From: Gammaproteobacteria bacterium
GTDB lineage: Bacteria > Pseudomonadota > Gammaproteobacteria > Pseudomonadales > Pseudohongiellaceae
NCBI GenBank assembly: GCA_030682575.1
Contig: JAUXNX010000014.1
Span: 3,839-67,838 of the forward strand
Direction: 5' to 3'
Length of the DNA stretch: 64,000 bases
Part shown: positions 58,405 through 64,000 of the stretch, in pieces
How the letters are laid out: each line of letters starts with the position of its first letter
Position numbering within the stretch: position 1 is the first letter of the stretch
Program-made: the position numbers and the translations under genes
Notes under the pieces: generated by a model
Database searches by the model: none
What the model was told of the DNA's origin: nothing
Seen by the model: the letters and a program-made list of their open reading frames with translations, nothing else

Positions 58405-61400
58405 ATGTCCAGGGAGTTGGAGTTGTCTTTGCCTGCGGCATTGAGCAGACCTATGCAGGCTTGTGTCATGCAGTGTGGGCAGAGCGTCGTGACCTTTCTG
58501 CAGGGTAACAATCAGGAGGCGTTGGCAAACTCCCGTGTTCAGTTGACCCGACTCGGCGGTCTCTGCCGATTGCTGGGTGCGCGGCGTGCCGCGTTGTTTT
58601 GCATCGAGCTGGATGCGCTTCTGCTTTGCTTCAGCTCTGGCGGTGCTCAGTCCGTGCGGATGTTGGTGGGCAAGTCTGTTGTGCAGCTACAACAGTTTCT
58701 TGCGCGATTGTCTCGTCCTGCCTCGGACGAGGAGTTCGACATGGCTCGCATCAATATGCTGCGCACTGCGCGTGGAAAGATGGCGTTGCCAGTCGACTCC
58801 TCGTGCTGCGAGAGGTCAACGGTCGGTGCTCAATTCCCATTGCCGGATTTTCCTCACCTTGTGCTGGAAAAAATCGCAACACTGCAGGCTGGAATGAACG
58901 GCATTGAAGATCAGGTTGATCCGGAAGCACAGAGGGAGCATGGTCAACATCTTGCTGGCCTTGCGTCGCTGCTGCAGGTGTGCGGACTGCCTATGGAGAT
59001 GCGCTGTCTGCCGAGAGCGTTGGTGCATCTTGAGCTGCACTTTCGCTATCTGTTGGAGCACTATTATCCGTGCTACCCGGAGTGTCTGCGAGAAACAGCA
59101 CGGCTTGATGTCGGCGACTATCTTCTCTTCAGTGCTCACAGCAGTCTCGTGTCAATCCTCAACGGAAAACTTGTTGCATTGGTGAGTTCTCTGGCGGAAA
59201 TTGCAAATGACAGGTTCGAGGAGGCCTTGACACCAGGAATCAGCATCGCTGCGAAAGAATTGATACACATCAGCGGCTCGATTCACCTGCTTTCGCACAG
59301 TGGAATTTCGACGGCGATTTCTGACAACTTGTGCTATCTGATGAAGCACGGCGAAAAACTGTGCAGAAACATGCACTGCAGTGTTGGCAACGTGTATGCC
59401 GCTGCGGAAAGTGGAAAGGCAGGGGGTTTGCTTCTGTTAAGAGTGTTGCTGCTGGCGCGGAAGATACTTGAGCAAAGTGGCAAACTTGATCGCCAGGGTG
59501 AAAACCTTGTGCGAAAAATAGCCCGTGACTGTGAGCGATTCGTGTCGCAGAGGCAGCGAGATCTGCGTTGCAACATGATGACCATGCATCGGGTAGATAA
59601 CGAGTTGCTTGCCTGCGCCAACAACGAAATTGAGCACTATCGCTCCATTCTATCTGTCTGTCTTGATGAAAGCAGGAATGCTCACGGTATTCACTACGTA
59701 AGCGAGACGCTGTGTACGACAGTGAGCAAGCTGTCGCTGGCAATGCTGAGTGTGGGGCAAGCTGCTTTTCACGCAATTGTTGAAGCATTGCGCGGGAGTT
59801 TGACTCTCGGACTGGAGCATCAGCAAGGCACAGATCCTCTGCTGCAGAATGTACTCGCTTCGTTGTGCGGCATCCTGCAACGGCCTCTCCCCGTTGTTCC
59901 CGAAGAGGCGTGGCTGGGTGAAACTGAGTTGCAACAGTTCTCCGAATGCATCGACTTGTTCGTGACACAGACGAAGTGGTCGCTATGTGTGGCAGAGTCA
60001 GCGGTCTCTATCGAATGTCGCAGTGGAGACGAGTCGGAAAGCCGAGCTCGAATTGCCATTGAGCTACTGCCACTTCATCTTGCCAGGAATATTCGTGACC
60101 TGCTTTTCTGCGCGGAAGAGCTGGCAAAGTGTGCCGGGAATCCGGAGAGTTTCGAGGCATTGAACAGACGTCTGATCGTGGAGCTGCGAATGCTTGCGTC
60201 AGGAGCCCGCGCTCTGTATGTACATCGCGTTGCACGCCTGAGCACTGTGTTGGCGGAGGTGCATCAGGCACTGGCAGGACGCAGAGCAGATCTGCAGGCA
60301 GACATTGGCAATGCTCAGCATTTGCCAATGTCTTTGTTGGTAATGGCGCATCGGCAACTGCGCAGTGGTCTCAATCAGGCGGCGGCACGTCAGGAGGTCA
60401 GCAGCAACCGGGAGATCATTGCTGCTCTGTACCAGTGGCTGGAAGATCATTCTCGACAAGTCGCAACCTCGCAAGCAACAGAGAGCTTCGAAATATTTCT
60501 GCGCGAGACCGAGGAAATCATGGCCGCTATCGAAGAAGGCGCCAGGAAGCCCCCGGGAGATTGCGATACAAGATCGCTTCTGCACCACCTTCATACACTC
60601 AAGGGCAATGCCAGGCTGTTCAGCTGTGATGTGATAGCCACACTCTGCCATCGCTGCGAACAGTCATTGCTGTCTGCACCGCACACGCTCCACTCCGCAT
60701 CTGCCGTTGCCGAGGCTTCGGGCGGTGCGATCTACTCACCTCGCACATCTGGAGTCGAAGCTTCTGCAGGTTCGAATTTCCGTAGATTCACAGCACTGGC
60801 GCAGGAACTTCGGGCAGCTATTGATGAGTTGACGTCTCTTGGAAATCGTCCGGAAGATGGTCAGGCAGGCACTCATGACAAGTACAATCCAGCAAGGATT
60901 CCGCTTGCACAGGCGCAGGAGCGCGGCATCGTCATTCCCGCTGTTTCTCTGCAGCGTATGGCAGAGCTGGCGGTGGCCGCACGCACTGGCAGTCGCGCCA
61001 TGAGCGATGTGCTGCAGTCATGTAGTCACAATGCAGAGCCGACACGCCTGGCTTTGCTCGGGGACCTGCTGATTGAGCAGGAACGCTGCACTGTGCAGCT
61101 TGATGAAGAGATTGCAGGCTCCAGGCAGATAAGTTTCGCGCGACTTACTCCACGCCTGCAACGTCTCGTCGGTCGTCACGCCAATCTGCTGGACAGGCAG
61201 TTGCGCTTCAGCGTCTGCAATGACGAATTGCGCGCTGATCGATTATTGGTTGAAAGCCTCGTGGCACCTCTTGAGCATCTGTTGCGTAATGCTCTCGATC
61301 ATGGCATTGAGTCAGTGCAGGAAAGAAGGGCGCGCGGCAAGCCTGACAGTGGCACTATCACCCTGTCTTTGAAGGAGAGCGAAAACTCGATGGAGATCAC

Positions 61401-61710
61401 ACTGACAGATGACGGTGCCGGTATCGATCCCGATGCGCTGACGGCACACGCCATGCGCCTCGGTCTGTCAGTTGATTTGCAGGCGGGGGCAAAGGAACGC
61501 CTTCAATGGCTGTTCCTGCCCGGCTTCAGCTCCAGGGAACTGGCAACCGAGGATGCTGGACACGGCATCGGACTGGCGATGGTCGACAGCACTGTTGCCC
61601 GGCTTGGTGGGCGGGTTGAGGTGGAGTCCATGCCGGGCCAGGGGAGTTGTTTCCGGATCGTGTTGCCCCGCGGACTGCCGCGTTGGGATATTGGTGCGAA
61701 GCCGGTATAA
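58405..61710 (+). CDS. ChpA/FimL-like CheA-type histidine kinase lacking CheW-like and receiver domains
   Basis: 1101 aa with ggaggg 6 nt upstream of the ATG. The helical N-terminal region of about 700 aa is FimL/ChpA-like. One clear Hpt motif is LLHHLHTLKGNARLF. The CheA-type catalytic domain has LEHLLRNALDHGIE, LTDDGAGID and GHGIGLAMV. The protein ends about 25 aa after the ATP-binding domain. Confidence 0.75.
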   Translation: MSRELELSLPAALSRPMQACVMQCGQSVVTFLQGNNQEALANSRVQLTRLGGLCRLLGARRAALFCIELDALLLCFSSGGAQSVRMLVGKSVVQLQQFLARLSRPASDEEFDMARINMLRTARGKMALPVDSSCCERSTVGAQFPLPDFPHLVLEKIATLQAGMNGIEDQVDPEAQREHGQHLAGLASLLQVCGLPMEMRCLPRALVHLELHFRYLLEHYYPCYPECLRETARLDVGDYLLFSAHSSLVSILNGKLVALVSSLAEIANDRFEEALTPGISIAAKELIHISGSIHLLSHSGISTAISDNLCYLMKHGEKLCRNMHCSVGNVYAAAESGKAGGLLLLRVLLLARKILEQSGKLDRQGENLVRKIARDCERFVSQRQRDLRCNMMTMHRVDNELLACANNEIEHYRSILSVCLDESRNAHGIHYVSETLCTTVSKLSLAMLSVGQAAFHAIVEALRGSLTLGLEHQQGTDPLLQNVLASLCGILQRPLPVVPEEAWLGETELQQFSECIDLFVTQTKWSLCVAESAVSIECRSGDESESRARIAIELLPLHLARNIRDLLFCAEELAKCAGNPESFEALNRRLIVELRMLASGARALYVHRVARLSTVLAEVHQALAGRRADLQADIGNAQHLPMSLLVMAHRQLRSGLNQAAARQEVSSNREIIAALYQWLEDHSRQVATSQATESFEIFLRETEEIMAAIEEGARKPPGDCDTRSLLHHLHTLKGNARLFSCDVIATLCHRCEQSLLSAPHTLHSASAVAEASGGAIYSPRTSGVEASAGSNFRRFTALAQELRAAIDELTSLGNRPEDGQAGTHDKYNPARIPLAQAQERGIVIPAVSLQRMAELAVAARTGSRAMSDVLQSCSHNAEPTRLALLGDLLIEQERCTVQLDEEIAGSRQISFARLTPRLQRLVGRHANLLDRQLRFSVCNDELRADRLLVESLVAPLEHLLRNALDHGIESVQERRARGKPDSGTITLSLKESENSMEITLTDDGAGIDPDALTAHAMRLGLSVDLQAGAKERLQWLFLPGFSSRELATEDAGHGIGLAMVDSTVARLGGRVEVESMPGQGSCFRIVLPRGLPRWDIGAKPV

Positions 61711-61746
61711 TGCCGCCTTCGTTTTCCGACACTGGTAGACAATGCA

Positions 61747-62265
61747 TTGAAAACACTAGGGTTCGCCTGGGGAATTGGTGGGATACTCCTGCTTCTGTTG
61801 TTCGCCGTGGTGCGCCTGGGGCCCATGGCACTGGAACTTGCCACGGTTGAGCTGCAGCAGTTGCACTGGTTTTCCCTCGCCGTCAGCATTCTTTACATGG
61901 CCTACGCCGAAGGCTACAAGGGTTTCCATCTTGGCTTTGCTCCCCGCGTGGTGGCCCGGGCCAGCTACCTGAGTGCCAATCCCCGTCCCCTGCATATTCT
62001 GCTGGCCCCTGCGTTCTGCATGGGGTACATCTATGCCACGCCGAAGCGCAAACTGCTCTCATTCGGCCTCACCGGCATGATCATCTGCTTTGTTCTACTG
62101 GTGCGCCTGCTGCCCCAGCCCTGGCGCGGCATAGTTGATGCGGGCGTGGTGACGGGCCTGGTGCTGGGCATGGCCTCGATCGTGTACTTTCTCCTGCAGC
62201 GGCTTTGTTTTCCCGAGGAGGCAGTCAATGCAGTAGCGACCGACGTGCCGGAGCAGTCGCGCTGA
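61747..62265 (+). CDS. Integral membrane protein (hypothetical)
   Basis: 172 aa with a TTG start in the track, so the start is uncertain. It has 4-5 hydrophobic helices. I recognise no family. Confidence 0.35.
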   Translation: MKTLGFAWGIGGILLLLLFAVVRLGPMALELATVELQQLHWFSLAVSILYMAYAEGYKGFHLGFAPRVVARASYLSANPRPLHILLAPAFCMGYIYATPKRKLLSFGLTGMIICFVLLVRLLPQPWRGIVDAGVVTGLVLGMASIVYFLLQRLCFPEEAVNAVATDVPEQSR

Positions 62266-62325
62266 CCCTCTGGGGACGAGCGCTGTCGACGAACAGAACT
62301 GCCTCACACAAAGTGACTCTCGAGA

Positions 62326-63237
62326 ATGCAGAACAACCATAAAAAAATCAGCTCTTGCGCCATCATCGTGACGTACAACCCGGGGCCACAGGGCCTGATG
62401 GCACTTGTTCAGCAGATATCCAGGCAGTGTGATTTTCTAGTCATCGACAATGCTTCTGCCAATCACGACTCCTTTATTCCTTTGATTCGCTCCACTGCGC
62501 GCTGCGTTGGCGTACATCAACTGGACAGCAACATCGGTCTGGCCAGTGCGCTCAATATGGGGCTGCGTGACGCGCAGTCTGCGGGCTATGGTTTCGCGGT
62601 GCTCTTCGATCAGGACAGTCAGGTGCCAGTGTCTTTCTTTGCCAACCTGCAGACGGCTTACATGGAAGCGACGCGACTCTGCGGCCCGCGGGTTGCCGCC
62701 ATTGGGCCGCGTATCCGCAATCCGTTGAATGACAGGCAGATGCCCTTCAAACTTTTCAGTCGCCTTTTCAAGCGTTCTGACATCAAGGTTCCCGGTAGTG
62801 ATCGTCTATTCCATGCAGACTTTCTCATCTCATCGGGTTGCCTGCTGGCTCTTGAACACTTCGATGAAATTGGACAGATGAAGGACAGCTATTTCATCGA
62901 CAATGTCGATCTGGAGTGGTGCTTCCGCGCCACCAACAAAGGCTTCCTGCTGCTTGGCACCGATCACACGCACTTGCTGCACAGCATTGGTGAAGAAGCA
63001 GACAGCAGGTTGGTGCGAGCCGGTGTGATGGTCAGTCACAGCCCGCTGCGCAGTTACTATTCCACGCGCAACCGCATACATTTGTGGCGACAACCTCACG
63101 CGCCGCTTGGCTGGAAGCTGCGCGACGTGCCGCGCTTCTCACTCAAGGCGCTGTGGCTGCTGTTATTCTCGCCGCATCGTGCCGACTACTGGGACAACAT
63201 CCGCGATGGCATCGCCGACTCCAGAGGATTGGAATGA
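62326..63237 (+). CDS. Family 2 glycosyltransferase (rhamnosyltransferase-like)
   Basis: 303 aa. It has IIVTYNPG, VIDNASAN and GLASALNMG. It also has LFDQDS, and a YFIDNVDLEWCFR pattern typical of WbbL-like GT2 enzymes. Confidence 0.7.
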   Translation: MQNNHKKISSCAIIVTYNPGPQGLMALVQQISRQCDFLVIDNASANHDSFIPLIRSTARCVGVHQLDSNIGLASALNMGLRDAQSAGYGFAVLFDQDSQVPVSFFANLQTAYMEATRLCGPRVAAIGPRIRNPLNDRQMPFKLFSRLFKRSDIKVPGSDRLFHADFLISSGCLLALEHFDEIGQMKDSYFIDNVDLEWCFRATNKGFLLLGTDHTHLLHSIGEEADSRLVRAGVMVSHSPLRSYYSTRNRIHLWRQPHAPLGWKLRDVPRFSLKALWLLLFSPHRADYWDNIRDGIADSRGLE

Positions 63238-64000
63238 TGAGCGATCAGCAGCCGCGCATCGCGATCCTGATGCCGACATGGAACAGTGTCAGATTCCTCC
63301 AGGAGCAGGTTGATTCTCTTCTCTCGCAGACTTATCAAAACTTTGTCATCGTGACGCGTGACGACGGTTCGTCGGACGACAGCACGGCATTGATGAGCGT
63401 GTATGTTGAGGCGCATCCTGAACACTTCCATGTGGTAGTCAGTGACGGTAGAAATCTCGGAGCAAGTGGCAGTTTTGCGTGCTTGCTCGATTATGCATTG
63501 GCAAACAAGAATGCGCTTGGTCTGCAGAAAGCGTATTTGATGTTCTGCGATCATGACGACATCTGGTTCCCTCACAAGATTGCGGTGACGATGCAGAAAA
63601 TGCAGGATCTCGAAGCACTTCATCCTGGCATGCCTGCACTGGTACACAGTGATCTGCATGTCGTCGATGATGAAAGGCGTCAAATCGCGCTTTCCTTCTT
63701 CCAGTATCAGGGCATTCAACCGCGCCGGAATGGTTTTTCCAGAATTCTGGTGAGCAACACCGTGACTGGCTGCACGGCACTGATCAACGAAGAGCTGGCG
63801 ACACTTGCCATGCCGATTCCCGCAGATGCGATCATGCATGACTGGTGGCTGGCACTGGTGGCGAGTGCGTTCGGAAAGATTGTCTACATTGACGAAGCGC
63901 TGTTGGATTATCGTCAGCATGATGCGAATGCTATTGGGGCGCGCGAATATTTAAGGTCGGAGCGTCCCAACCTGCTGGTGAGACTCTTCGACAATCGGCA
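63234..64000 (+). CDS. Family 2 glycosyltransferase, 3' end beyond window
   Basis: Open to the window end, so it is absent from the track. My translation from ATG 63234 (ATGA overlap with the upstream stop) gives MMSDQQPRIAILMPTWNSVRFLQEQVDSLLSQTYQNFVIVTRDDGSSDDS...FCDHDDIW...TGCTALIN... This is a GT2 DxD-type signature. Confidence 0.7.
   Translation, partial: MMSDQQPRIAILMPTWNSVRFLQEQVDSLLSQTYQNFVIVTRDDGSSDDSTALMSVYVEAHPEHFHVVVSDGRNLGASGSFACLLDYALANKNALGLQKAYLMFCDHDDIWFPHKIAVTMQKMQDLEALHPGMPALVHSDLHVVDDERRQIALSFFQYQGIQPRRNGFSRILVSNTVTGCTALINEELATLAMPIPADAIMHDWWLALVASAFGKIVYIDEALLDYRQHDANAIGAREYLRSERPNLLVRLFDNR

Overview
This 64-kb window is a chromosomal segment from a gammaproteobacterium. 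I support about 56 protein-coding genes. I saw no rRNA, tRNA, CRISPR array, transposase or integrase. The backbone gene order resembles Pseudomonas-type chromosomes as I recall them: tolC/opmH-thiC, nudF-DUF1249-cpdA-yqiA-parE-parC, fimX, yggS-pilT, and ruvX-algH-tonB-gshB-pilG.

Housekeeping genes recognised: pepQ, mscL, lepB, tesB, hemH, tolC, thiC, a DAHP synthase, ppiC, nudF, cpdA, parE, parC, yggS, pilT, ruvX, gshB.

Four regions deserve a second look:
1. A signalling island at about 41.0-49.7 kb, between a TonB-dependent receptor and a FimX-like gene. It looks more AT-rich by eye. It encodes an unclassifiable GNAT-like enzyme next to a polytopic 7TM-GAF histidine kinase, a small membrane protein with a CheY-like regulator, a second intramembrane-type kinase, an LqsR-like atypical response regulator, and a HAMP/class III cyclase whose first metal-binding Asp appears to be replaced. 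Both kinase/regulator pairs are convergent with overlapping 3' ends. This is my best candidate for an undescribed cell-cell or lipid-signal sensing system.
2. A stripped-down Pil-Chp-like module after gshB: a PilG-like receiver, a pseudo-receiver with Glu at the acceptor position, and a Cys-rich ChpA/FimL-like kinase without CheW-like or receiver domains. There is no MCP, CheW, CheR or CheB.
3. An ECF-sigma/ChrR pair with two back-to-back TGATCC-N16-CGTA promoter motifs. One faces a lipid-modification operon (NTF2-like, DUF1365, CFA-synthase-like, DUF2878).
4. A conserved but uncharacterised lipocalin-like/DUF2868/membrane-GTPase (DUF3482) operon.

All family assignments come from motif recognition by eye. 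They need HMM or BLAST confirmation.
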